Shown one piece after another: positions 30,693 to 40,733 of a DNA stretch of 64,000 bases (positions are counted from its first letter, which is position 1; each line of letters begins with the position of its first letter). The notes beneath the pieces are model-generated. The model saw nothing but the letters and a program-made list of their open reading frames with translations, was not told the origin of the DNA and ran no database searches. Origin of the DNA: Candidatus Latescibacterota bacterium. GTDB lineage: Bacteria > Krumholzibacteriota > Krumholzibacteriia > WVZY01. A program made the position numbers and the translations under genes. The stretch spans positions 96,001-160,000 of the forward strand of contig CAWBQK010000013.1 of assembly GCA_963791045.1 (NCBI GenBank), written 5' to 3'.

Positions 30693-31994
30693 GTGTCGAT
30701 GGACAACGTCATGCTTGACAATGCGGCAACTGACCTGGAAACGCAAATTGCGAGATATCAGGAACTCTCAACCCAAAAAAATGCGATCGAGGGGCGAATT
30801 TCGCGGGCGGAAGCCGAACGGCCCTCGGTCAAAGACAAAATCTTCCAGAGAGTGCTGAAAGAATACGAGAAAGAGCTCGAGATTCTGAACCGCGATCTCA
30901 CACCCCTCGAGAAAGAAATCGACACGGCGCGATCGAGCCTGGAGAACAAGCTCAAGGACATCGACATCGAAACGGCGGACCTCCAGGACAAACTTGATGA
31001 GATCGCATTCCGCCACCGCGTAGGCGAATTCAGCGATTCGCAGAAGGCGGACAAACAGGATCCGATCGAGATCGAATACGAAGAACTTACGCAACGCGGA
31101 ATTGAATACGTTCAAGCGCTTGAGAAGCTCGAAACAATTCAGATTGACGGAGCCGCGACCACAGATGATTCCGCACCGCAGGACGAGATCGAGATCGCGG
31201 CGGAGGATGATCTCGCATTGTCCGATGAAGACCCGATCGACGATTCGGGCACAAGTGAATTCGTGGTGATCGAACCAACACCCGAGAATGAGGTGGCGCC
31301 CGCGTTACTCGACGAGAATAGCGACACATCGTCACAAACAGAGGAAAAGCTCGAGCTCACACCCGCCGACCAAGAACAGGGGTTTGTCGACCCAAAGGAT
31401 TGGGTTGGGGAGTTTGCCGACGGGGAATTCCTGAGCGACCCAGCCACGGCGTCGGATACGGCCGCACCCGACAAAGAAACAAACAGTGAAGACAAAACCG
31501 AAAAGAATGGCCCCGGCGAAGTGCTCGGATTTTCGGAACTCGACATGAACGACCCCGATGCGAAGCCCGACCCTCTTTCCGAACTTGCGGACCCGTCGGA
31601 TGACACCGGCCAGGCCCAGGACGCCACTGATGACCTGGCGGACGAGAACCTGGAAGAACAAGAAAGCGCCGAGCCGGCCGACACCACTCAGGATTCGTCC
31701 CTTGGCTTCCCTGTTTTATCGATCACAAAAGGCACCGGTTCCGGAAAGAAACTCCCGCTCCTGCCGATGACAATGACAATCGGCAGAGAACTCGACAACA
31801 ACATCGAACTCAAAGACCAGGACGTAGCGCGGTACCATGCAAGAATCACATATCACGCCGGTGAATATGTCATTCACGATCTGGAAGGATCGTCGGGCAC
31901 CTTCGTCAACGAGGAGAAAATATCGAAGCACACGCTTTCTGCCGGCGACATCATCCGCACAGGTGAAACAGAGCTCAAGTTCGACATGGAGTAG
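30693..31994 (+). CDS. coiled-coil / acidic linker / C-terminal FHA domain protein
   Basis: N-terminal heptad-like region with FRHRVGEF; D/E-rich middle; FHA IGR..VARYHA..SSGTFVN. Confidence 0.85.
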   Translation: MSMDNVMLDNAATDLETQIARYQELSTQKNAIEGRISRAEAERPSVKDKIFQRVLKEYEKELEILNRDLTPLEKEIDTARSSLENKLKDIDIETADLQDKLDEIAFRHRVGEFSDSQKADKQDPIEIEYEELTQRGIEYVQALEKLETIQIDGAATTDDSAPQDEIEIAAEDDLALSDEDPIDDSGTSEFVVIEPTPENEVAPALLDENSDTSSQTEEKLELTPADQEQGFVDPKDWVGEFADGEFLSDPATASDTAAPDKETNSEDKTEKNGPGEVLGFSELDMNDPDAKPDPLSELADPSDDTGQAQDATDDLADENLEEQESAEPADTTQDSSLGFPVLSITKGTGSGKKLPLLPMTMTIGRELDNNIELKDQDVARYHARITYHAGEYVIHDLEGSSGTFVNEEKISKHTLSAGDIIRTGETELKFDME

Positions 31995-32000
31995 CGAGAC

Positions 32001-32858
32001 TCAAATCCGTTCAACAGAGGCAGTGGACACCCACCCGGAGAGACCTCCGGGCAGGGTGATCCGTGTCCAACGGGGGCGTCGTTCGCGCGCTCTAACGACG
32101 GTGCCTTCATGGATCTTGAATTGAAGAGTGGCGTCCTCCGTCGGACTGCTAAAAACCGGGGCTTCCCGGTCGACCACCACGGCTTCGCCGCGGCTGGTCT
32201 CCTTGCCCATCTTCTTCCAGGCGGAGAATCCGGTTGATAAGAACAAAAACGAAATAATCGTGATGGCGAAAATGATGTCCTGCGATTTCCCCAGGCCCAC
32301 CAGACGGCCCGGCGAAAGGACCGATATGCGCTTGTAAATCGCCGCTACCGCCGTCGAATCCCTGAACAAAAACACAATTCCTAGCAGGCAAAGCATAAGA
32401 TAGCAACACGACGCGAACACAACCATTTCGCTTGCGCTCAAATTGTTGTGGAGCCACACGAGCCCCCTCGTGAACCTGTTCTGCTCCCGGACAAACTGTT
32501 CGTCCCTTAATTGGGTTCGCACCAGCGAAAGGTTCCTACGAACGTCCTGATCGCGAGGAGCAATCCTCCTCGCGCGCTCGTAAAACAACACGGCGCGGCC
32601 AAGATCACCCGTTTTGTAGAAAGCATTGGCAAGATTGTAGAAAAGATCCTTGTCCGCGGCCCCCGCATCGACGAGTTCCGTGTACTCAACGATCGCCCCA
32701 TCGTAGTCACCCGCTTCATACCGGGAATTTCCCTCTTCGAACATCCGTACGAGATCGTCGCGGGCAGGCTTCACCGAGAGTCCGGCAAGGACACTCGTCG
32801 ATCCGGCGGAAAGAACCGTGACGACGCAGAAAAACATCACTGCGAATCCGCGCCTCAT
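32001..32858 (-). CDS. batE: BatE-like TPR / TM / SH3 protein
   Basis: FYNLANAFYKTGDLGRAVLFYERA, FKIHEGT, SGWV; last gene of the Bat operon. Confidence 0.85.
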   Translation of the reverse strand: MRRGFAVMFFCVVTVLSAGSTSVLAGLSVKPARDDLVRMFEEGNSRYEAGDYDGAIVEYTELVDAGAADKDLFYNLANAFYKTGDLGRAVLFYERARRIAPRDQDVRRNLSLVRTQLRDEQFVREQNRFTRGLVWLHNNLSASEMVVFASCCYLMLCLLGIVFLFRDSTAVAAIYKRISVLSPGRLVGLGKSQDIIFAITIISFLFLSTGFSAWKKMGKETSRGEAVVVDREAPVFSSPTEDATLQFKIHEGTVVRARERRPRWTRITLPGGLSGWVSTASVERI

Positions 32859-34699
32859 GACCAGTACCTCTTTTCGAAAATCCTCACCACATCCGCCGCA
32901 CGCGAAATCACATCTTCCGCTGTTTTCGAATCCGCCATCGTGGCGGCCTGCGAAAACCGAACCCCATCACAAATGTTTATTACCGCTTTGAGACCGGCGA
33001 GGTCAGCCTCATCGACCGCCTTTGCCGCAAGAAAACCTTCTATGTCCTCAAGCGTGAGTCCGGCCTCCGACACGTTCATCTTATCGGCGAAGTAACCGCG
33101 AATCGATCCGGATACGAGCGGGTAAATGTCGTCGAACTTATCTTTTTTTAACGCCGATCGCGCGGAATCGAGCTTCTTGTCCGCCGTCCGCGCCGCCCGG
33201 CTCGCGCGTGCAAGAGGCGCATTCCCCTTGAACCGTTTCCGCCGACGATCAACGGCGAACGCCGCCACGAGCGCGAGAAGCGGAAGTGAATGGAGAGCAA
33301 GGTAAACTTTGCTTCTATAAACACCGCCGGCCGAGAGCCGCACCACGGCCGGAGCGGGGTGGATATATGCGATATCCTCGCCAAGCACTTTTATGTCTTC
33401 ACCAGAACCGGCGAATATCACCCTTCGCCCCTCATCTTCGGTGCCCGGCATTATCTCCAGATTGATGGGCGTCGATGCAATCGTCTTGTACTTCTTCTCG
33501 ACGGGGTCAAAGTACGACATTCGAACCGGCGGGAGAGTCCTCTTGCCCTCCGCCTTCGGTACGAGCACGTATTCGTATTTTTTTCTGCCCGACACGATGT
33601 AGTCCTTCTTGAAAAGATCGGACGTCGTACCGGAATCGTACAACTTGAATTCACCCGGCGTGGGAAGCTTGGGGGTGGACATTGTCTTGAAGTTGCCATC
33701 CCCTTGAATCTGCAGAATAAGATTGACCGGTTCGCCGACCTGAGCAACCTGCTTGTCCGTTCGGACCGACAGTTCGAGATTTCTGCCAACCAGCCCAGAA
33801 AACCTAGCCGGTTTTCCGCTTTTCGGAAGAGGCAAAACAGTGATGGTTTTTTCCTCCGTCCGGAGCGCCACGGGCTTGCCAAAACGGAACGAACGCATGC
33901 TGCGGCTGAAAAAGTCGTCGATTTGTTTGCTCCGCGACGACCGTCCCGCGTCGTCGATCATCAGATCCACGCGCGCGGCTCCTATCGTATAGGTCCCCGG
34001 CGCCGCGGCAAAAAACCCCCGCTTGATCTCGTTCACCAGGTACTGCCGCCCTTTGATCTGCCGGTAATAATTTTTCTGAGGGGGGAGATCCTCAACCCAG
34101 AATCCCTCGGCCGACGGAGGCGCAAACTCGGGCGTCCGCATCATATCGATCCGGCCGTCGGTATAAAACCCGAGCGTCCATGTGATTTGCTGGTTCACAT
34201 AGACCGTATCCTCCGCGACCGACGCCTGGATAAAGATTGGCCGGTCTTCCTCGGAGTCAAGGGCGGCGTCTTCGGAGGAACCGGCAGAGGGGACGTGGGT
34301 TTGGGCTTTGACGACTTCTATCGTTACCGGATCCGCCGTGTAGATCTTGTCACCCGTCTTGAATCGAACCGGCGCGATCGTATACTGCCCCGGTTCCTTG
34401 GGAACGAGTATGTAGGTAAAAATAAGAGATGAGTTCGAACCACCCGTGCCAAAGCTGAAACTCTGAGAGGTCCCCGCCTGGTAAACCGAGAAGTTGTCGA
34501 GCGGCGGAAGTTCGGGAGACGCCGATTTCCGGAACTTGCCCTTTACCGTTATCACCATCGTAATTTCGTTACCCACAGGAACGACGTTGGGCTCAACATT
34601 CACGGACACGGTGACATCGGCCGCCTCGGCATTCACAATGCCAAAAATAACCGCCAAAGCGGCGACAAGGAATATTATGTTTGTCTTCATGCCCGTCAT
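32855..34699 (-). CDS. batD: BatD family protein
   Basis: Signal peptide, VYVNQQ, GFWVEDL, GDGNFK, FDPVEKKY, C-terminal TM. Confidence 0.87.
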   Translation of the reverse strand: MTGMKTNIIFLVAALAVIFGIVNAEAADVTVSVNVEPNVVPVGNEITMVITVKGKFRKSASPELPPLDNFSVYQAGTSQSFSFGTGGSNSSLIFTYILVPKEPGQYTIAPVRFKTGDKIYTADPVTIEVVKAQTHVPSAGSSEDAALDSEEDRPIFIQASVAEDTVYVNQQITWTLGFYTDGRIDMMRTPEFAPPSAEGFWVEDLPPQKNYYRQIKGRQYLVNEIKRGFFAAAPGTYTIGAARVDLMIDDAGRSSRSKQIDDFFSRSMRSFRFGKPVALRTEEKTITVLPLPKSGKPARFSGLVGRNLELSVRTDKQVAQVGEPVNLILQIQGDGNFKTMSTPKLPTPGEFKLYDSGTTSDLFKKDYIVSGRKKYEYVLVPKAEGKRTLPPVRMSYFDPVEKKYKTIASTPINLEIMPGTEDEGRRVIFAGSGEDIKVLGEDIAYIHPAPAVVRLSAGGVYRSKVYLALHSLPLLALVAAFAVDRRRKRFKGNAPLARASRAARTADKKLDSARSALKKDKFDDIYPLVSGSIRGYFADKMNVSEAGLTLEDIEGFLAAKAVDEADLAGLKAVINICDGVRFSQAATMADSKTAEDVISRAADVVRIFEKRYWS

Positions 34700-34702
34700 A
34701 TT

Positions 34703-36535
34703 CTACCAGTCTTTACCCGCCCGCGAAGCCCGCCGGAACGCGGCCTTGCGTTTCTTCTTTTGCAGCTCTTTTTCCTGTTCCTCGAGGAGTCGCAGAAGCC
34801 GCAGGGCGTCTTCACGTGTTAATTCGATCACCTGCGTACTGTCGGCGAGTTGCGGCTTTGCATTCGACGAATCAGGTTGTGAGGGCGGATTTGTCTGTGT
34901 CGAATCCGGCTGCTGCTGTTCGTTTTGCCGGTCCTCATTGTTCTGGTTCTCGTCCTGGTTCTGTTGCTGCTCACCGTCCTGCTGTTGGTCTTCGCCGGGC
35001 TTTTTCTCACCATTGTCGTTGTTTTGATCATCGCCCTGCTGCTGTTGTTTCTCCTGTTGCCGCTGTTGTTCGAGCATTTTGAGTGTGAGTTCTAGATTGT
35101 GTCTCGCATCAACATCGTCGGGCATATACCTCAGTGACTGGAGATACGACTCGACCGCTTCGGGAAGCTTGTCCAACTTGACCAGCGTGTTGCCCCTGTT
35201 GTAAAGAGAGCGGCCCGCCTGGAGCGTATCCTCGGAAAAGCTTTCATGATACTTCTGGAGAGCTTCCTGATACCGTCCCATCATATGAAGCGTATTTGCC
35301 TCGTTATACAGCACGCCCTCGCCGTTTTTGGGAGGCGCCAGCGTATCGCCAAGAGCCTCCTTGTAGAGTACGAGTGCTTTCTGATACTCGCTCGCCTTAA
35401 AGTACTTGTTGCCCGATTTGACGCGCCCTCTGTCGACGGTTTTCTCCGCGGCGGCCGGAGAGATACACCCCAACACCAGGAGAACAAGCAGTCCCGCGGC
35501 GCCCGTATGGAGCATCCGCGCATTGGGGCGCCTGCGCTTGGCCCCACCGGCAGAGATCAGCAAGTCGATCGCCAGCGCAAGAAAAGCCGCCGCGAGGAAC
35601 CAAACGAATCTGTCTTTTTTTCTTTCCATGAATTCGCCTTTAACCGCTTTTTTCTCCATCCCGGAGATTTCGCGGTACAACACCTTGAGTTCGAGTCCCT
35701 CGCGCGTGGCGGGCAGATACTTCCCCCGGGTCGTTTTCGCCACCTTCCGCAACGTCGTCTCGTCGAGACGAGTTAAAACCGTTTCGCCGGTGTCGTCCTT
35801 TTTGTACCCATCGATCGACCCGTCGGTTCCCCTCAAGGGAATCAGCTCACCGGAGGGATTGCCAATCCCGATCGTGTAGATCTTGATCCCCTCTTCAGCG
35901 GCTTTCTCCGCCTCGGAGAGCGGATCACCGTCATGGGTTTCACCGTCGGTTACGAGAATGATGACACGATCAGCTTGTTGTGTCGTGGGGAAAAGCGCCA
36001 CGCTTTTTCTTATCGCTTCGTTAATCGCGCTCCCCTGCCTCGACACCGCATCCACGTCCGCCGTGTTGGCAAACATCAACGCTGCATCGTAATCGACGGT
36101 CAGCGGACAGATGACAAAGGCGTCACCGGCGAACACGACGATACCGACGCGGTCGCCCTTGAGTCCCTGGATCAAATCCACAATCTCCTGTTTGGCGCGT
36201 TCGAGACGGTTCGGTTTCATGTCCTCCGCAAGCATGCTGAGCGACACATCGAGCGCGATAACCAGGTCGATTCCCTCCCGCTCCACCTTTACGAGCTGGC
36301 TTCCTATCTGAGGCCCCGCCAACGCGAGCACGAGCAAGGAGTATCCCAGAACCCGAAGAAAAGCCTTCAATGCCCCCTTGCGCCAGCTACGCCCCGGGGC
36401 AAGCGCCTCCTCGAATTTCCCCCCGGCAAACCCGGCAAGGGCCTGTCTCCGCCGTTTCGCCCCGTAGAGAAACACACCGATTAACACCGGCGCGAAGTAG
36501 AGCGCGTTGAGCCATTGTGGGTGAGCGAAACTCAT
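34703..36535 (-). CDS. BatB-BatC fusion (VWA + TPR + Q-rich region)
   Basis: MIDAS DVSLSM, PLTVD, TDGE; TM segments; TPRs YNRGN, ARHNLE; Q/N/D-rich stretch; KDW C-terminus. Confidence 0.85.
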   Translation of the reverse strand: MSFAHPQWLNALYFAPVLIGVFLYGAKRRRQALAGFAGGKFEEALAPGRSWRKGALKAFLRVLGYSLLVLALAGPQIGSQLVKVEREGIDLVIALDVSLSMLAEDMKPNRLERAKQEIVDLIQGLKGDRVGIVVFAGDAFVICPLTVDYDAALMFANTADVDAVSRQGSAINEAIRKSVALFPTTQQADRVIILVTDGETHDGDPLSEAEKAAEEGIKIYTIGIGNPSGELIPLRGTDGSIDGYKKDDTGETVLTRLDETTLRKVAKTTRGKYLPATREGLELKVLYREISGMEKKAVKGEFMERKKDRFVWFLAAAFLALAIDLLISAGGAKRRRPNARMLHTGAAGLLVLLVLGCISPAAAEKTVDRGRVKSGNKYFKASEYQKALVLYKEALGDTLAPPKNGEGVLYNEANTLHMMGRYQEALQKYHESFSEDTLQAGRSLYNRGNTLVKLDKLPEAVESYLQSLRYMPDDVDARHNLELTLKMLEQQRQQEKQQQQGDDQNNDNGEKKPGEDQQQDGEQQQNQDENQNNEDRQNEQQQPDSTQTNPPSQPDSSNAKPQLADSTQVIELTREDALRLLRLLEEQEKELQKKKRKAAFRRASRAGKDW

Positions 36536-36556
36536 TTTGAAACACTCCAGGAACCG

Positions 36557-37546
36557 TCAGGGTATTCTTCTCAAGATACTTTCCCCAAGAAGCAGCTCGA
36601 GAACGAGCAGAATCAATCCCGGGAATATAAACAGAAAAACTTTGTCCGTATAATTCGTGAATGTTTTCGTTTCGATTTCCGTCTTTTCGAGCTCATCGAT
36701 GCGGTCGTATATTTTCATCAGTTCGTCCGCGTCCGTCGCCCGGAAATACTCGCCGTCCGTAATCTGCGCGATTTTCAGGAGTGTTTCCTCGTCAATCTGC
36801 ACTTCCATCTGAACCATCCGTCGCCCAAACACCGGGTCATTTACCGGCACCGGGGCCCTGCCCTTTTTCCCAACACCGACCGTGTAGACTTTTATCCCGA
36901 GCGATTTGGCAACCTGGCCCGCGGTGACAGGAGAAACCATCCCCGTATTGTTTCGGCCATCCGTCAAAAGCACAACCACACGGCTCTTCGAATCCGTGTC
37001 CTTGAGACGGTTGCACGCCGTCGCCAGCGCAACGCCGATCGCCGTCCCGTCCTCGAGCATCCCAAAATCCACCCTGTCCACGAGGTCCCGCACAACATCA
37101 TAATCGAGGGTGAGCGGACACTGACTGATCGCCTCCGCAGCGAACACGACCAGCCCGATCCGGTCGTTGGTCCGTTTCGAAACAAAATCCTTCACGACCT
37201 CCTTGGCAACGTGCAGCCGGTTCTTTGGTCGGAAATCCTGGGCCTGCATGCTGCTACTCGTATCGAGCACGAGCATAATATCCACGCCCTCGGTCTTGAT
37301 CGAACTCTCGGACTGACCTGTCTGGGGTCGCGCCATTCCAACTACGATGAGAACGAGGACGATGGCGCGCAGCGCCAGCCGACCATAACGCTTGAAAAAC
37401 GACGCCTCAAGGCCCGCCCGTGTCATCAGATCGAGCGACGAGAAGGCCACACTTCGTCTCGACCGCCGCCCGCGGAGCTCGAAATAGAGGAGCGGGATCA
37501 AGAGCAGCAGCAAAAACAACACATATGGATACGCAAAACGAAACAT
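36557..37546 (-). CDS. batA: BatA VWA domain protein
   Basis: DTSSSMQAQDF, NRL, CPLTLD, DGTAIG, LLTDGRNN, YFRATD. Confidence 0.9.
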   Translation of the reverse strand: MFRFAYPYVLFLLLLLIPLLYFELRGRRSRRSVAFSSLDLMTRAGLEASFFKRYGRLALRAIVLVLIVVGMARPQTGQSESSIKTEGVDIMLVLDTSSSMQAQDFRPKNRLHVAKEVVKDFVSKRTNDRIGLVVFAAEAISQCPLTLDYDVVRDLVDRVDFGMLEDGTAIGVALATACNRLKDTDSKSRVVVLLTDGRNNTGMVSPVTAGQVAKSLGIKVYTVGVGKKGRAPVPVNDPVFGRRMVQMEVQIDEETLLKIAQITDGEYFRATDADELMKIYDRIDELEKTEIETKTFTNYTDKVFLFIFPGLILLVLELLLGESILRRIP

Positions 37547-37558
37547 AGTTTTTGATTC

Positions 37559-38563
37559 TCAATCCGCCGCGGCTTCAGCGGCCGGCTCGGGGGCAAGCGG
37601 CCGCGGCGCGGTGCGCGCGACGATCCCGCGGACCAAATCGACTAAACCGTTCGCGGCCGGGATTTCCGGCCGGTGCTTGGCGAATTTCACAAGATCGGCC
37701 TCTCTCAAAACCGATTCAAGACCGTCCACGGCGATTTGGCTCCGATTGAGGTCCGCAAGAAGCTCCTCGGTTGTCTCGTCCATGGCAAGAACACCGTATC
37801 TTTTCTCCACGTACGTTCGAAGTGTATCGACTACCAGTGTGTAGTGTTTCTTGATTTCGCCTTTGTCGAGAAGGCCCATTCGCTCGATTTCGTCCAATCT
37901 CCGAAGTGCCACGAAATCAGGCGGGAGTTCGGGTTTCGGAGGCACGACGACTTCGCTTTTCTTTCGCTTTTTCCACAACCAGATCGCCAGAACGGCCAGG
38001 ACAACGGCCGCGGCGACGAACAGAAGCCACATGTACCCGCGCGGCGCTTCCCACTGAGGTTTGAGCGGGTTGGGCTCAGCCGCATCCGAGGCGATATGAC
38101 GGACGGGAACGTCGACCGCACGCGCACGAGCCACGAGTGTGTCTCCCGCCGGTGTAACGAAGCCGAAACGCGCCGCCGGCATAAACGCCGCCTCAAGGTC
38201 GGTCGTCATCACTTCCAGCACCGCTTCTTTGCTGAAACGTTTTTCTTCCCTTTCGGCAGCGCCGTCGCGCCATACGGCGGATATCATCCGGCAGGTGCCG
38301 GGATCGAATGCGTCGGGCGGCAGAATCTCAAGCGAATCGGGATACGACACCCGGTGAACGACCCGGAGCAATTCCCCGACGGTGACGGAATCGGCGCCAA
38401 CCTTGGTGTCGATACGAACACCTGGAACCTCACCCACCGCCGCACCATCCACCGGCAAAAGACCCGCAATAAGGCAGCAGAGAGCGGTGGCTAGCCCCAC
38501 ACGCACAAGCACGCACGCGCCCCACGTGTGTCTGTTTTTGAGATTGCCCGCCAACGTGTCCAA
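37559..38563 (-). CDS. Bat-operon single-TM accessory protein
   Basis: Signal-like N-terminus, TM followed by KKRKK, ETTEELL, ADLVKFAK; lies between DUF58 and batA; start uncertain. Confidence 0.75.
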   Translation of the reverse strand: MDTLAGNLKNRHTWGACVLVRVGLATALCCLIAGLLPVDGAAVGEVPGVRIDTKVGADSVTVGELLRVVHRVSYPDSLEILPPDAFDPGTCRMISAVWRDGAAEREEKRFSKEAVLEVMTTDLEAAFMPAARFGFVTPAGDTLVARARAVDVPVRHIASDAAEPNPLKPQWEAPRGYMWLLFVAAAVVLAVLAIWLWKKRKKSEVVVPPKPELPPDFVALRRLDEIERMGLLDKGEIKKHYTLVVDTLRTYVEKRYGVLAMDETTEELLADLNRSQIAVDGLESVLREADLVKFAKHRPEIPAANGLVDLVRGIVARTAPRPLAPEPAAEAAAD

Positions 38564-38578
38564 ATTGATACCTGCCCT

Positions 38579-39484
38579 CTACCTGCGTTTCGCACGTGCC
38601 CGAAAAAACCGGCTCAACGGAAGCGCGTAATCCATCGCCGTATCGATGTCGATGGAATCCACGCTGTGCCGCCTGAATATCGATTCGAGCTCCCGGTCAC
38701 GGTCTTCCAGGAGTTTTTTGAATCGTTCTCTTGCAGACAGCCGACCCAGATCGATGAGCTTTTCAACACCGCGTTCCTGGTCCCACAAACGTATCACTCC
38801 AGTGTCACCGGGATCCCTCTCGCGCTCATCACCAATTCTTATCGCGACAAGATCAAACTTGTTCGCCGCCACGGACAATGGACTCGAAAAATCCGGCGCG
38901 ACGAAATCGCTTAAAACAAAAACGATCGCCCGCCGTTTTATGACACGAAGCAGATACTCGAGCGCGCCCGAAATGCTGGTCCCGGTTCCCTTCGGCTTAT
39001 GAAAAAGGACGTTGCGAACGACATGGAGAACGTGCCGCCGTCCTTTATCCGGGGGGATGTACTCCTCCACCTCGTCGGAAAACACAATCGCCCCGACCTT
39101 GTCATTGTTCTGGATCGCGCTGAATGCGAGAAGCGCGCAGATTTCCGCTGCGGTGTCGATCTTTGTCTTGGACTGAGTCCCGAATAGCCCGGACGCGCTC
39201 ACGTCGAGAAGAAACATGACGATGAGTTCGCGTTCTTCGACGAATCGCTTGATATAGGGGGCGCCCATGCGGGCGGTTACATTCCAGTCTATGGAACGAA
39301 CGTCGTCGCCCGGCTGGTACTCCCGCACCTCATCGAACTCCATCCCCTGGCCCTTGAATACGCTGTGGTACTCACCAGAGAATACGTCGTTGACCATCCG
39401 TTTGGTGGCGATCTCGATACGTCTGACTTTTTGAAGAATTTCAGTAAGATCGCGATCGTCGGAATGTTCCGGCAAATTCACCAT
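38579..39484 (-). CDS. DUF58 protein
   Basis: GEYHSVFKGQGMEFDEVREYQPGDDVRSIDWNVTAR, EERE, SDF. Confidence 0.93.
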   Translation of the reverse strand: MVNLPEHSDDRDLTEILQKVRRIEIATKRMVNDVFSGEYHSVFKGQGMEFDEVREYQPGDDVRSIDWNVTARMGAPYIKRFVEERELIVMFLLDVSASGLFGTQSKTKIDTAAEICALLAFSAIQNNDKVGAIVFSDEVEEYIPPDKGRRHVLHVVRNVLFHKPKGTGTSISGALEYLLRVIKRRAIVFVLSDFVAPDFSSPLSVAANKFDLVAIRIGDERERDPGDTGVIRLWDQERGVEKLIDLGRLSARERFKKLLEDRDRELESIFRRHSVDSIDIDTAMDYALPLSRFFRARAKRR

Positions 39485-39513
39485 GTCTGCTTTTCGGTTG
39501 AAATCAAGATTTG

Positions 39514-40500
39514 TCAGGGTACTTCAATTCCGTCAAAGACCTTTTTGACGACGGCTTCTGAGTCGAGCTGCTCGGCCTCGGCCTCGTACGTCACTATGAC
39601 ACGATGCCGAAGTACATCGAGGCCCACCGATTTGACGTCTTCCGGCGTGACGTACCCGCGTCCGCGCAGAAACGCGTGCGCCTTCGCCGTCTGAGCAAGG
39701 AATATGGTCGCGCGCGGAGACGCTCCGTATGCAATGAGCTGTTTGATCGGCAAACCGAACTGTTCGGGATCGCGTGTCGCGAACACGATGTCGAGGATAT
39801 AGTTTTTGACCTTCTCATCCATGTAGATATTGCGAATGAGTTTCTGAGCTTGCTTGAGGCGCTCCGGAGTTATCACCGGTTCAATATCCGGAAAACCGTC
39901 GCCGGTGACTCGTTCCATTATGAGTCGTTCCTCATCACGCTGAGGATAGGTTATCCGCAACTTCATTATGAAACGGTCGACCTGCGCTTCGGGGAGCGGA
40001 TAGGTTCCCTCTTGCTCGATGGGGTTCTGCGTCGCCATGACGAGAAACGGAAAATCGAGTTTGAAGGTCTCGCCACCAATCGTGACCTGCCTTTCCTGCA
40101 TGCACTCAAGCAACGCGCTCTGAACCTTCGCCGGAGCGCGATTGATCTCGTCGGTCAGGATCAGGTTCGAAAAAATCGGCCCCTTCTTGGCGGTGAAGGA
40201 ATGATCGGTGGGGTCGTACACCTGAGTGCCGACGATATCCGCCGGTAGCAGATCGGGTGTGAACTGGATCCGTTGAAATTTGGTGTCGATCGCCCTGGAC
40301 AGCGTGTTGACCGCCAGAGTCTTTGCCAAACCCGGAACCCCCTCGATCAGCACGTGGCCGTCACAGAGAAGACCGATGAGCAGCCGGTCGATGAGGTACC
40401 GCTGCCCGACTATTACTTTGTGAACGGCCTTTTGGAGCTCGGGGACGAAGCTGCTTTCGCGTTCGACCTGCTCGTTGATTGCCTGAACCTCGTAATCCAT
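39514..40500 (-). CDS. moxR: MoxR-family AAA+ ATPase
   Basis: EGVPGLAKT, RIQFTPDLLPAD, DEINRAPAKVQSALLE, ATQNPIEQEGTYPLPEAQ, GASPRA. Confidence 0.96.
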   Translation of the reverse strand: MDYEVQAINEQVERESSFVPELQKAVHKVIVGQRYLIDRLLIGLLCDGHVLIEGVPGLAKTLAVNTLSRAIDTKFQRIQFTPDLLPADIVGTQVYDPTDHSFTAKKGPIFSNLILTDEINRAPAKVQSALLECMQERQVTIGGETFKLDFPFLVMATQNPIEQEGTYPLPEAQVDRFIMKLRITYPQRDEERLIMERVTGDGFPDIEPVITPERLKQAQKLIRNIYMDEKVKNYILDIVFATRDPEQFGLPIKQLIAYGASPRATIFLAQTAKAHAFLRGRGYVTPEDVKSVGLDVLRHRVIVTYEAEAEQLDSEAVVKKVFDGIEVP

Positions 40501-40633
40501 TCGTTACCTCCATGTTATCGCACAGAGTTTAAACACATTTCCACGCCGAATGTTCCGCGCAACCCGACCATCTTATCTTATTCTTTATCAGGCACTTAAC
40601 CATAACAACCCCTATCGCGGACAGTGATCGGGG

Positions 40634-40662
40634 TTGCTCTTGCGCCGGTCATCCTCTACATT
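40634..40662 (+). promoter_or_regulatory. putative sigma70 promoter
   Basis: TTGCTC-N17-TACATT; an inverted repeat CAACCCC..GGGGTTG (~40606-40636) overlaps the -35. Confidence 0.4.
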
Positions 40663-40733
40663 TAAGCACCGTGCGGGCGATCCGCGGCGATCACTAACAG
40701 ACTGTGGTTTTTCGAGTTATTCAAGGAATGTTA

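Noticed and set aside
34900..35070. CAG/CAA-rich stretch as a tandem repeat or CRISPR array
   Set aside because: It encodes the Q-rich linker typical of BatC; there is no repeat-spacer periodicity
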